The notes beneath the pieces are model-generated. The model did not search any database. It was not told the origin of the DNA and worked only from the letters and a program-made list of their open reading frames with translations. Below, piece by piece: positions 10,051-20,023 of a DNA stretch of 44,790 bases. The stretch comes from Chrysochromulina tobinii (lineage: Eukaryota): contig JWZX01002246.1 in NCBI GenBank assembly GCA_001275005.1, positions 1 to 44,790 of the forward strand. The letters run 5' to 3'. Position 1 is the first letter of the stretch. Every line of letters begins with the position of its first letter. Made by a program: the position numbers and the translations under genes.

Positions 10051-11117
10051 TCACTTGCGGCGGTCGAGCGTCGCGATGACGTGCTTGCCGAAGCAGTGCG
10101 TCGCGAGATCGATGCCGCAGCCGTGCAGCAGCGAGACGGCCGCATTGAGCTGCTCGGCGGTCGCGCAGCCAATGACCGCTTCGGCCACGTTGGAACCCGC
10201 CTTGCTTGTGGCGAGCTGCGGCAGCACGGGCAGCAGCAGGTTGGCGAGGTCCTCGCGTTGGCCGGGCAGCGCGATCCGCAGCGCGATCTGCACCACGTAG
10301 TTGCCATATTGGTCGAGGGAGAGGCGTGTGAGCTCGTCGGCGCCGCACGCGATGAGCGCGGCCGCCACGCAGCGCGTGTCGACGTCATGGCTCTCCGCCT
10401 CGGGAAGGATCTTCTGGACGGCGCGCGAGCCGCTCTGCTGCGTCGACAGCACGCTGATCGCCCCGGCGATCTCACGCACGATGAAGGGCGCACGCGTCAC
10501 CTTGAAGGCGGTGCACACGCTCCACGAACCGTTAATGGTCGTGGCGGTGGTCGCCACGTGGCCTTGGAGCTCGTCGACGAGCGCCGCCGCCATCTTGCTC
10601 GGGAGTGAGTGAAGCGCGGCCTGCACGACGCGCGAGCCCTGTGCGTGCTTCATGAACTCGACCACGCGGCCACGCAGCGCGTTTTCCACCCACGGCTGTG
10701 CCTCGGGAAGCGAGGCCATGTTCGAGACGAGGTAGTTGCCAAACAGGTTGGTCGAGAGCTCACCGAGGTGGGGCCCGAGCTCGTCGCACGCCGCCTGAAG
10801 CCTCACGGGCGACATGCCCGTGAGCGCGCGCTGCAGCGTGCGCGAGCCCTCCTGCTCCTTGGCCATCGCAACGAGCCGGCCCGGCTGCAGCACGTGCTGC
10901 GGCACGCGCGCGGGCGAGTAGACCCCCGCGGAGGGCGCAGGTGCGAGCTGCGGCTGCATCGGGCCCATGACGAAGCCGAAGCCCTGGTGGGCGAAAAAGG
11001 GGTTGGGCTGCCCCGGGAGCAGCGGCGGCGGGAGAAGCATCTGCTGCTGGAAGTGCATCTGCTGCTGCTGCATCTGCTGCATTTGCTGCTGCTGCATTTG
11101 CTGCTGCTGCTGCTGCA

Positions 11118-11152
<35 letters not shown>

Positions 11153-12261
11153 ATCTGCTGCATCTGCTGCTGCTGCTGCTGCTGCTGCTGCAGGAGCTGA
11201 TGCTGAATGACGGCGGCGGCCATCTGTTGTTGGAACCCTTGCTGCGCGTGCTGCTGCTGCATGAGCCAAGGCGCTGGCAGCAGGCCTGGCTGCGGCGCGA
11301 GCATGGGCAATGCAAAGGGTGCCACGCCCATCGTCGGCGGTGAGACGGGCTGCGCGCCGGGGAGCACCTCGCCATAGAAGCCTGCGGTCAAGGGCAGGGG
11401 CTCGAGGACGGGCTGCTCGAGCGACGAGAGCGCGTGGCGTTCGTACGTGGCCCAGCGCTGCATCGAGCGCGGCGAGGCGGCGGCGGCCGGCGCTGCCCCC
11501 ATCAGCGGAAGAGGGCTGCCAGTGGTGACGTCGGAGACAGGCGAGCCGCCGGAGTCGGACTCGCTCGCGGTGGCGAGTGGCGGCGAGCCGGCGGCGGCAG
11601 GCGAAATCATGCGCGGCGGCGTCGTGGGTGGCGAGCCGGCCGAGGCGTTGGCCGACGCCTTACACGTCTTGGTCTTGTGCACCTTGTCGACATCAGAAAG
11701 CCAGTCCTGAGGACCGACGCGCTTGGGCGCGTAGAGCACCTCGTGCAGGTCGGGTTGACGGCTCGCATGCGAGTCGTACTTCAGGTTGGACGCGCCGATC
11801 GAGTAGCTGCGGGTGAGGCGCGGACCCGAGCTCTCGGGGCGCGGTGCCGTGGGTTCTCCAGTCTCCTCGGTTGCGTGCTCGTCCTCCTCGTCGAAGAGGC
11901 GCGATATCGAGCGGTGCAGCTCGAAGTCAAGCGAGGCGTTCAGGTCGATCTCGATGCAGTTGTTGGACAACGAGAGCTCGTGCTGCATGTGCTTGTAGCT
12001 GTTGGTGCCGATCGAGTGGCGACGCCCGATCGTGAACGCCCCGACGTCGGCAATTGGGCCGGTCTCGGTCGCCTTCTCATTCTGCAGGTTGGCTGCGCGC
12101 ATCTCCGCCGAGTATAGGTTTGGTGGCGCGGTTGCCGCATTCAGTCCGAGCGGCGAGCGCACGCTTTTGCGGCGGCCCGTCGTCGGTGGCGACTCCGGGA
12201 AGGACTTCTGGCTGACCAGCTGGCCAATGCAGCCTCCAGTGTCGCTCGCCAACGCCACCAT
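10051..12261 (-). CDS. Pumilio/PUF-family RNA-binding protein with polyQ/M low-complexity region
   Basis: Eight C-terminal Puf repeats: EQEGSRTLQ, NLFGNYLVS, HAQGSRVVQ, INGSWSVC, QQSGSRAVQ, DQYGNYVVQ, SKAGSNVAE, HCFGKHVIA. First ATG at 12261; the frame is open to 12291. Confidence 0.9.
11041..11204 (-). repeat. Interrupted (CAG)n trinucleotide repeat encoding polyQ with interspersed Met
   Basis: ctg runs on the + strand; translates as QQQQQQQQQMQQMQQQ... in the Pumilio frame. Confidence 0.95.
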
Positions 12262-12488
12262 GGTCTCCGTCGTCGATCTTTCGGTCGGCAACCTGGAAGC
12301 AGGCGTTGGCCGACGAAAGGCCGACGAACGCGAGCACGCGAGTTGGGAGCGCTGGGTTAGACACTACTCATTGATACACCCTTTGTGTGGAACATGTTCG
12401 AACGGAGGGAAAGTGGGCGGAGGTAAGCGATTTGACTTGACTTGACTTGACTTGCTTCCTCGCTCAATCTTCCGTTTCGCACATTTCA

Positions 12489-14993
12489 ATGCGGCGCTCG
12501 ACGTCCCGATCCGTCATCGGGGGGAGCAACCGCCGCGTGTACACCACAGCGTCCGATGGGTCGTTGGCGGGCTCGCCTGCGCTTCGCCCTCGCACGCCGG
12601 TGGTGTACCAGACTGAAGCGGAGCGCCGCAAGGAGATTGTTCTTGCGCCGGTGATCCCGCCGACAGTGACTTCCATCACGACGCTGCAGCAGTTTTCAGG
12701 CTCATCATTCAACAATAGCTCTGCCGATCTGGAGACCTGCGATATGACTACGGGGCCACAGCTGCGTGCGGTGCGTCGACCACGTCCCAAGTCGGGCGAG
12801 TTGCCGCCCTCACTCACACAGTCTATGTACCCGATAGTTCAGAGGCCAGCGACCGTCGGCGGGTCGCAGTCGTCCTTGAATGGTTCAAGGCCAGCGACTG
12901 TCGGGTCGCAGCCGTCCTCGGATCATTTCAGGAAAGTTAATACTACGACCATCACTGGCGCGCAGGAGTACGCAGTGCAAGTGATGACGGATTTCTTTGG
13001 TCGGAGGCCGATTGAGCACATGCGCAATGCCTTTCGCAACGCCGACGTGGACGATTCGGGCGAGCTCGACCAGCTTGAGTTTCGGCAGGCCATCAAGGCC
13101 ATGAAATGCGGGCTTGGCGACAAGGACGCTGACGCGCTCTTCAAGCTCGCCGACCAGGATGGCTCGGGCTCGATCGGGATCCATGAGTTCTTCGTCAATT
13201 TCCGCCATGATCACTGGCCTCGTGAGCGCTTCTTCTGGACGAAACCCGAACCGAACGTGAACCTGGCAGGCAACCTCACCAAGAAAGAGCGTGTAGATCT
13301 TTCGGACGCTCTAGCGGTGCAGTTTGATCAGCCGGCCCAGCTGAGCACGCCTGATATCATGAAGGTACTCGCCGAGAAGGTGGCGGTGCACGGCTCAGCC
13401 GAGAAGGTCTTCCGGGTGATCGACACCAACGTCAACGGAAAGGTCGATCTCGATGAGATCCCGGAGGCGCTGCGCCCCTTTGAGCTTCACGTGAGCCAGC
13501 AGCAGGCGAAAGAGGTGCTCAAGGAGATAAACCGTATCGTCGGCAAGCCCGCCGATGCACCGATTACTTACAATTCGTTCGCGGTCGCTTTCAACCCCAC
13601 GGCGGGACCGCCGCGCATGGGCTCTGTCGCGTTCCAAGAGCCGCAAACCAACGTCCACGTGCGCCAGCGCGAGCCGATCGACGAGCGCGAGTACGCGTCG
13701 CTCGGGCCGACGCGTTCGCTCGAGTCGTTACATGCATCGAGGAGCTCCAGCGCAGGCTTCGCCGCATTTGGGGAGCGCAGCATGGACGAACACATGCGCT
13801 CGCTTCATTGCATCGCGCCCACGCCACCGCTCTCGCACGCGGCAACCACCCAGACATTAAGAGGGATCGAGAGGGATCGTGAGGCGCGCGGCAGACTTGA
13901 CCAGATGGCAGGCTGGCGAAACGCCCAAGGCGATGAAGCCATCGACGGTGGCGGCGACATGCTCGGCAAGGAGATCCTCAAGACAGGCCGCGACATCGAC
14001 TGGCGCTCAAGTATCCAGGGGCCGGCCAAGCAGTCGATGTTCGCATCGGCCTCAGCGCCCAACCTTCTGTCGACGACGCTGGAGATGGGTGTCGCGGCGC
14101 CCTCGCGCACGCCCCCGGCGGTCGCCTCCCCCACAAAGGCGCCACCGCAAACCGGAGCAGAAGCCGCTCCCGTCGCTGCTGCGGACACCAAGTCGGCCGA
14201 GGCGCCGCCGCCCACCGGATCAAGGTCTCCGCTGCTGCCCTCGTACGCCGCGCCGACGATCGCAAGTCGAAAGCAGCAAGAGCCCTCGCTGCCGCCGGCG
14301 TTCTCTTCGCAATCGACTCTGGGCAGCCTGAGCAGCTCGATGGCCAACTCGACGCTCATGCGCACGCGCTCGCGGATCGAGCTCGCGCGCGACTTAGCTG
14401 GCTCGCGCTCCTCGCGTGAGTGCCTCTACCCTGACGAAACATCGCACCACCACGTGCATGAGCTCGATCGGCTCGCGCACACCTCCTCGATCGCCGCGCT
14501 CAACTCGATGTCGTCGGCCGCCGGGGGCGCCGGCTCGAGCAAGGAGATTGGGTTCCAGCGCTTCGACAAGGAGTGCCGTGCGGATCGGCTGCGCTCGATC
14601 GGTGCGCGCCAGCAGGAGCGTCAGGAGCTCCTCAGCCAGATGGTGCTCCACGTCGAGAAGTCGATGGCCAGCCTCGATGCTCTGCATAGAAACAAGGCCC
14701 AGGCGTACAACCGCCGTGTGGGCCATCACCAGCTCATCGAGCTCACCCGCGGAATGGAGCACGGCCATGCGCCTGTGTTGCTCGAGCCATCGCCGCTACC
14801 CAACTGGGCGCCCGTGCCGCCGCACATGTCGTCGCACTGGAAGACGATCTCGGGCCATCACGTAGACCCGCCACGTGACCCGCAAGCTCACAAGCTACAC
14901 GCCGCCGGCGGTCGCAAGAGTATGAAGTGGCTCTCCGAATCGCCTCCCGTGGTCGACAGCCGACGTGTCGTCTGGGGAGGGTCGCACGCGTGA
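12489..14993 (+). CDS. EF-hand calcium-binding protein with long low-complexity flanks
   Basis: EF loops DVDDSGELDQLE, DQDGSGSIGIHE, DTNVNGKVDLDE; C-terminal coiled coil. First ATG at 12489. Confidence 0.85.
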   Translation: MRRSTSRSVIGGSNRRVYTTASDGSLAGSPALRPRTPVVYQTEAERRKEIVLAPVIPPTVTSITTLQQFSGSSFNNSSADLETCDMTTGPQLRAVRRPRPKSGELPPSLTQSMYPIVQRPATVGGSQSSLNGSRPATVGSQPSSDHFRKVNTTTITGAQEYAVQVMTDFFGRRPIEHMRNAFRNADVDDSGELDQLEFRQAIKAMKCGLGDKDADALFKLADQDGSGSIGIHEFFVNFRHDHWPRERFFWTKPEPNVNLAGNLTKKERVDLSDALAVQFDQPAQLSTPDIMKVLAEKVAVHGSAEKVFRVIDTNVNGKVDLDEIPEALRPFELHVSQQQAKEVLKEINRIVGKPADAPITYNSFAVAFNPTAGPPRMGSVAFQEPQTNVHVRQREPIDEREYASLGPTRSLESLHASRSSSAGFAAFGERSMDEHMRSLHCIAPTPPLSHAATTQTLRGIERDREARGRLDQMAGWRNAQGDEAIDGGGDMLGKEILKTGRDIDWRSSIQGPAKQSMFASASAPNLLSTTLEMGVAAPSRTPPAVASPTKAPPQTGAEAAPVAAADTKSAEAPPPTGSRSPLLPSYAAPTIASRKQQEPSLPPAFSSQSTLGSLSSSMANSTLMRTRSRIELARDLAGSRSSRECLYPDETSHHHVHELDRLAHTSSIAALNSMSSAAGGAGSSKEIGFQRFDKECRADRLRSIGARQQERQELLSQMVLHVEKSMASLDALHRNKAQAYNRRVGHHQLIELTRGMEHGHAPVLLEPSPLPNWAPVPPHMSSHWKTISGHHVDPPRDPQAHKLHAAGGRKSMKWLSESPPVVDSRRVVWGGSHA

Positions 14994-15973
14994 GCCAACA
15001 AGGGCGGTGGCAGCGGCAGCATCGGGCGACTCGCACGCGGCAGCAACGTTGCAACAGCTCTGGTTCAGATGGCAGTTGGTCTCGTGTCTGTTTCTTCGCT
15101 GTATCTTCGCGCCCTTGAGCCTTTCGGTTGTTGCTTGTTCATGGAGCGAATCGACTCGTGAGACCCTGCGTTGCATGCGTGCGTGCGTTGCATGCGTGGT
15201 TAACATGCGTGGTCCTGTGACTGTGCCGCTCCGGTCTGGTGTGTATGTCCCCCGCGTGTCGTGTGAGTGATGTGCCGGCGATCGTGTGTGCCGCGACCGT
15301 GTCGTCGAGATCATGGTTGCGTGAGCTGAGGGAGCGGGCCGGTGCCGAGGCAGGTGGCTGAGTGTGGAGTGGCGTGCTGCTGGCCCGCCCCGACCATCTC
15401 GCGTCTGCGGTCCGGCCGCGGTGTCAGCCCGGTCTCCCACGTGATACGCCCCCCGACACCGCGCGTATTTCGTCATCAACATCACGCAACCGCGGCGTAA
15501 CGGCCAGCTTGCAGCACGCGCGTCGACGCGTGGTCTGCTGGCCGCGAGTCAGGCGACGAGGTCGGAACGAGGCCGGCCGGGAATGGGGAAACCGGAATGA
15601 CTTGACGGCTCTTGAGGCGTACTTGAGGCGGGGGTTTAACGGTTAAACTCTAATTGTCGCCGCCGAACAAAATACCTTGGTATCGCGACCCGATCGCCAG
15701 TATTTATACGCGAAACCGCGCACGATGTCCAATCCGGGCCGAACGGAAGAACCGCGTCGTAGTCGCCGCTTCTCGCCGGACGCCTCTGAGAACGATCAAC
15801 GAAGCAGATGCTCTCGACACTCGACGGAGTGCGGTCTCGCGAGACAAACGATCGCGGAGCAGAGCACGAAGCCGGCGTGCGAATGCGCGTGGGAAGCACG
15901 TAGGAAGCACGGGACCGGCGTACTAGCCTACAGAATGGAAAGGATCAACAGTTCCGTCGCGATGCTGTACGTC

Positions 15974-18313
15974 TTACGGAAAGCTTTGAGCAGCGTTGGC
16001 CGCTGCGTTGGCCAGGCTCAAACCACCAGTGAGACCCGCAATTGTTGCACCAAATGCGGTGGGCGAAGGAAGGGCTTTCCTTAGGGATTCGAGCTGCGAC
16101 TCCGACGTGGTGAAGCCGTTGTGGTTGATGGGCGGGTAATCGGCAATCGGCGCGCTCTGCAGGTAGGCAGCACGGACTCCGTGCTCGCCGTCGGCGCGCG
16201 CGAACTGTTTTTCGCTACCGTGCGAAGGGATGGGCACCGGGATGGGCTGCACGGCCAGGCAACGCGCGGCATCCAGCGTGCTGCCATCCCATCGCGTGTA
16301 ATACTCTGACGCGAAGCCATCGTTCTCGCGTGCCGCGAACACCCACTTCCAGTACTTGACAATCAAATCGTCCCCTGTGGACTTGCCGTGCCAGTTCACC
16401 GCGCCGAGGTCGTCGATGTTGTGTGCCTGGCCCTGCATGACCGAGTAATCCTCGAGGCCAATCTGAAAGTTCCACTGGCGCACCAGGAACTGCAGCAGCG
16501 CCGCGGTGCCAGGGATCTGCAACAGCGTCGTGAGAATGGGGCCCTTGGGGAACCGTTGCCGCAGCAGCACACGCGTGCGCTGGGGGCCGAGAGGGATGAT
16601 GTTGAACTCCTCCGAAAAGCCAGAGACGCCGCCATGCCGCACGATGTTGGGCGCATCGAACCGTACGACCTTGGTGACCTTCTTCGACGTCTTCCCGATG
16701 TGGCCGATGCCGACGTCATCCGTGAAGAAGCGCAGCCCTATCTTGGCGATGTTGTCACGATTGCAGCCGAGGGATTCGATAGGTGGGATCGAGCCGTCGT
16801 GCAGCCAGTACAGGTGGGGCGTGTCCAGATTGTTCTCGACGATGTACTTGTAGTCCACGCCATAATCGAGGATGGTTTCGACCGCATGCGTCTGCTCAGG
16901 CGTGGGATGCGTCGGCAGGGTGGTCACGTCGGCCTTAGCCGGGTCACCCCGCCAGACATAGGCCAGGTCCTGGTGATTCACCGCCACGTACTCCGTGCCG
17001 TCAATGGCCGAGACGGCCGACAGCTTCTTGCCATCGGCGGCAAGCTCCAGGGTCAACGGCTCGCCGAAAAGCCTCGTCGAGTATGGAGTCTTCGGGCGCA
17101 GCTCAGAGGAGTACGCGAGCGCGTACCAGGCGTCAGAAAAGCTTGGCGTCTCGCTGGGCTGGCGCGTGCACCGCTCGGGCGCGTACGAGTTGACAGGCGC
17201 CTCGACGCGCGCGCGCACGTGCTCAGCCAGCGATGTCGGCCGGCCCGCAGTCCCCGGCGTGCGCGCGACTGCATGCATGAACTGCACGGCGCCAGACCAT
17301 CTCGCCGTGTGGCTGAGCACATCGACGGACTGAGCGTCCATGAAGCGCATAATCTCGTCGGAGAAGGGCCCTTGCACAAACGGGCGCATCGAGTCGGTGA
17401 AGCAGTACATGGCCTCGGCCTGCTGCCCGAACTGGAAGATTTCGCCGTACAGGTTGGCGATGGCCTTCGGTTTGACATAGAACATGACCGCTTCTGAGAT
17501 GAAGAGAGTCGGTACGTCGCGCCGCAACCCGTGCTCGCGCTCAAGCAGGTCCAGCAGTGACGTGCGCTCGCATCCGTTGAGGTCGAAACCGACGCGGGTG
17601 GGCAGCCGTACGTTCGGATCGACCTCGTCGCGGTAGCGCTCCTGCACGACACGCTTCGCCTCGATCGTCGAAGGAAGGTCGACCTCGAAGAAGCGCAACC
17701 CTTCGCGCTGGTAGCGGATCGAGCGCGTGTCAAACCCAGCACCAAAGATCACCACCTGGCAATCCTTGCCGCCGGCGCACGCCGGCGACGAAAGGAAGGC
17801 GTCGCATCCCTGATTGAGGAAGTGCGTCCGTGCAGCCACCCACTCAAGCCAGCCGGATACGCCATCGAAAAGGCCTGCCTTGACTACGTGGCGCGTCGAG
17901 CGAGGCAGCAAGTCGTAGGCAACATCGTCCGGCAGCTCGCCGTTTTTGGCCAGCACCGCTCGCGACCATAGCACCTGAAGGTTTTTTGATGAGTCCTGGA
18001 CGGCCTTATCGTCCCAAAGGTGCAGAACGGTGAGCACGTCCTCGCCCACTTTGTCGAAGACCTTGCCAAGCCACTCGAGCGCACCACCCTTGCCGAATGG
18101 GCCTTGCGAGGCCGCAGGCATGTTCGCGTCCTCAGGGGCCACTAGCAGAGCGGCTGCCGCTTGCGGATTCACCTCCAGCTTGAGCGCCATCCGTGCAGCG
18201 TGCGTTTGCGGCAATCGCGATGCGGAAAGTGGAACCCTCGCGTGCTGTTGCACGGGACCGGTCTGCAGCTGCGGCATCAGCGCGGCAAGCGTGAGAAAGC
18301 TGGCGTAGAGCAT
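15974..18313 (-). CDS. Plastid-targeted fusion: LCM-family SAM-dependent (carboxyl) methyltransferase + Rieske-oxygenase-derived (CAO/PAO/TIC55-like) domain lacking the 2Fe-2S cluster
   Basis: Signal peptide MLYASFLTLAAL followed by an R/Q transit-like region. MTase motifs: ARTHFLN, QVVIFGAGFDTR, FFEVDLP, PTLFISEAVMFY. Then WYALAYSSEL..RLFGEPL..AYVWRGDP with no CxH/CxxH ligands. Mononuclear iron motif ENNLDTPHLYWLH (16837-16799), distal ED..QGQ, and D..IVKYWKW. Confidence 0.85.
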   Translation of the reverse strand: MLYASFLTLAALMPQLQTGPVQQHARVPLSASRLPQTHAARMALKLEVNPQAAAALLVAPEDANMPAASQGPFGKGGALEWLGKVFDKVGEDVLTVLHLWDDKAVQDSSKNLQVLWSRAVLAKNGELPDDVAYDLLPRSTRHVVKAGLFDGVSGWLEWVAARTHFLNQGCDAFLSSPACAGGKDCQVVIFGAGFDTRSIRYQREGLRFFEVDLPSTIEAKRVVQERYRDEVDPNVRLPTRVGFDLNGCERTSLLDLLEREHGLRRDVPTLFISEAVMFYVKPKAIANLYGEIFQFGQQAEAMYCFTDSMRPFVQGPFSDEIMRFMDAQSVDVLSHTARWSGAVQFMHAVARTPGTAGRPTSLAEHVRARVEAPVNSYAPERCTRQPSETPSFSDAWYALAYSSELRPKTPYSTRLFGEPLTLELAADGKKLSAVSAIDGTEYVAVNHQDLAYVWRGDPAKADVTTLPTHPTPEQTHAVETILDYGVDYKYIVENNLDTPHLYWLHDGSIPPIESLGCNRDNIAKIGLRFFTDDVGIGHIGKTSKKVTKVVRFDAPNIVRHGGVSGFSEEFNIIPLGPQRTRVLLRQRFPKGPILTTLLQIPGTAALLQFLVRQWNFQIGLEDYSVMQGQAHNIDDLGAVNWHGKSTGDDLIVKYWKWVFAARENDGFASEYYTRWDGSTLDAARCLAVQPIPVPIPSHGSEKQFARADGEHGVRAAYLQSAPIADYPPINHNGFTTSESQLESLRKALPSPTAFGATIAGLTGGLSLANAAANAAQSFP

Positions 18314-18501
18314 CGCGGAAGGACGTGATCGCGCGACACAACGAAGGTCCTTCTTGTGGGGTCGGTCCCAATCGCCGCTCGTGATCTCATCTCAGAGATG
18401 TTAATAATGAGGTGTTAATTATCGAGAAAAAATTCCAGGGCGCCCCGGGGTTAAGGACGACGTACGCATCCAGCGCGATGCCCTCCACCTGCTGGTTGAG
18501 C

Positions 18502-19620
18502 TCAGGACTTCACGGACTTATCATCTCCGTTCTTAGATAAACCCCCTTTTGGCCACGCCTCTGGCGGGAGTCCGAACTGCAGCAGCAGCCGGAGCGCGCC
18601 GTCAGATCGGCACTCTTTGAGCCTCGGGGCGTCATTGTAGTCTCGCGTGATGGCCTCGCCAACGGCAATCTCACGCGTCGCCACGAGCAAGACGTCGTCC
18701 ATATTTGGGTCGCGCGGGTCGCAGCCGACCACCTTGACGTTCTCGCCGCGGGCGTCGCAGTGGGCGAGACGATCGTGCAGTGGCACGAGCGCACACGTGG
18801 GAGTCTCGGCATCCGAAGTCCACTGCAGGTATGTTGCTCGCGCGAGCACCCTGGACAGTGCATCGGACACATCCCACGAGCGGCGGTCGCGTAGCGAGCC
18901 TTTGGACCGAGGCGAGGGCTCAATGACAAGAGGTATCAACGCATCCCTCATGGCACGAAAGGTGGTGCCGCGGCAGGTAAGCGCGTCCAGCGCCGCATTC
19001 TTGTCGGCGCCGGTGAGCATCGCGAGGCCAAGGCCAGCACGGTGCACCACGGGATGGCACGGGAATCGGAACTTAGCGAAGATGTTCTGATCATTATCAC
19101 TGCCTGTCGCCATTAGGTTGCCCGTCACATCGCTCGCTCCCCAACGCACGCCCTCGGCGCCGAGGTCTGCGTTATCTGTCGCCCATCCTCCGTGCTCCCA
19201 TGTTTTTAGCCAGCTGCGAACGGGAGCCACTCGGTCGTCTTTCGAGTGCAAGATGCGAAGCACGGCTGCGGTCAACTCTACTTGCCAGCCTGTGACACGG
19301 GCCGTGCTGGCAAGATTGCAATCGTCTTCTGAAGCAGTCACGGCAAGAGCGCGTGGAATGCGAGCAACCACTTCCATCGGAGCGATAGTTTCGGTTGCAA
19401 ATACGCCGCCCTTGCCACGATCGACTGGCGCCAGTGTGTGCACAGCGAGCTTTGGGGCAGATATGCCGTGTGTCGCCGCCCACGTGCACCACCGATCGTC
19501 GCTGATAGCGCCACGCGGCTGGGTGAGGCACAAACGTGGTTGACAAGCGCGGAGGGAATGTGCTGAACGCATCAGCGAAGTCGCAGCTAACATAATGCCA
19601 CTAAGAGAGGAGACGAACAT
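18502..19620 (-). CDS. SET-domain protein (Rubisco LSMT-like lysine methyltransferase family), probably organelle-targeted
   Basis: GKGGVFATETI..VARIP, ALVPLHDRLAH, LVATREIAVGEAITRDY, LLLQFG; hydrophobic then Ser/Arg-rich N-terminus. Confidence 0.8.
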   Translation of the reverse strand: MFVSSLSGIMLAATSLMRSAHSLRACQPRLCLTQPRGAISDDRWCTWAATHGISAPKLAVHTLAPVDRGKGGVFATETIAPMEVVARIPRALAVTASEDDCNLASTARVTGWQVELTAAVLRILHSKDDRVAPVRSWLKTWEHGGWATDNADLGAEGVRWGASDVTGNLMATGSDNDQNIFAKFRFPCHPVVHRAGLGLAMLTGADKNAALDALTCRGTTFRAMRDALIPLVIEPSPRSKGSLRDRRSWDVSDALSRVLARATYLQWTSDAETPTCALVPLHDRLAHCDARGENVKVVGCDPRDPNMDDVLLVATREIAVGEAITRDYNDAPRLKECRSDGALRLLLQFGLPPEAWPKGGLSKNGDDKSVKS

Positions 19621-20023
19621 GTGGTTGCTCGCTGCCGTACCTCTCTCCCATTTTCATGTGAATACAATTTTATTTGACTCTCACGCCGAGCCCCCATTCA
19701 CAATGAGAACGGAGGGGCTTCGAGAGGGGCTGGGCGAGGAGGGAGTAGAGCCGACGGAGAAAGCCTTTCGAACGAGCCGATTTTAAAACCGATTTATAAA
19801 TGTAATTATAAATTATCCATTATCGTTATCGGGCTATCGGGTGTTGATACATTGTTCGCAACGCCCTCCCGCCGCGGCGCCGTCGTTGCGTTCTCGAGAA
19901 CACCCCGGACGCATGTGGTTCGCAGCTGCAGAGATGCACACAGTCACACAGTAAACACACTCTCTCGAGACTGCTTTCGCAACATATCAGACAGGCCCAG
20001 TCAGCACACATTTGGAGCCCGCG

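Noticed and set aside
10609..11375. Poly-Cys, poly-Leu, poly-Ala and poly-Ser ORFs (10967-11200, 10609-11343, 10760-11269, 10803-11375)
   Set aside because: These are alternative frames of the CAG repeat inside the Pumilio gene.
14994..15973. ORFs or ncRNA in the ~1 kb gap between convergent genes
   Set aside because: No protein motifs or snRNA/tRNA signatures recognised; consistent with 3' UTRs.
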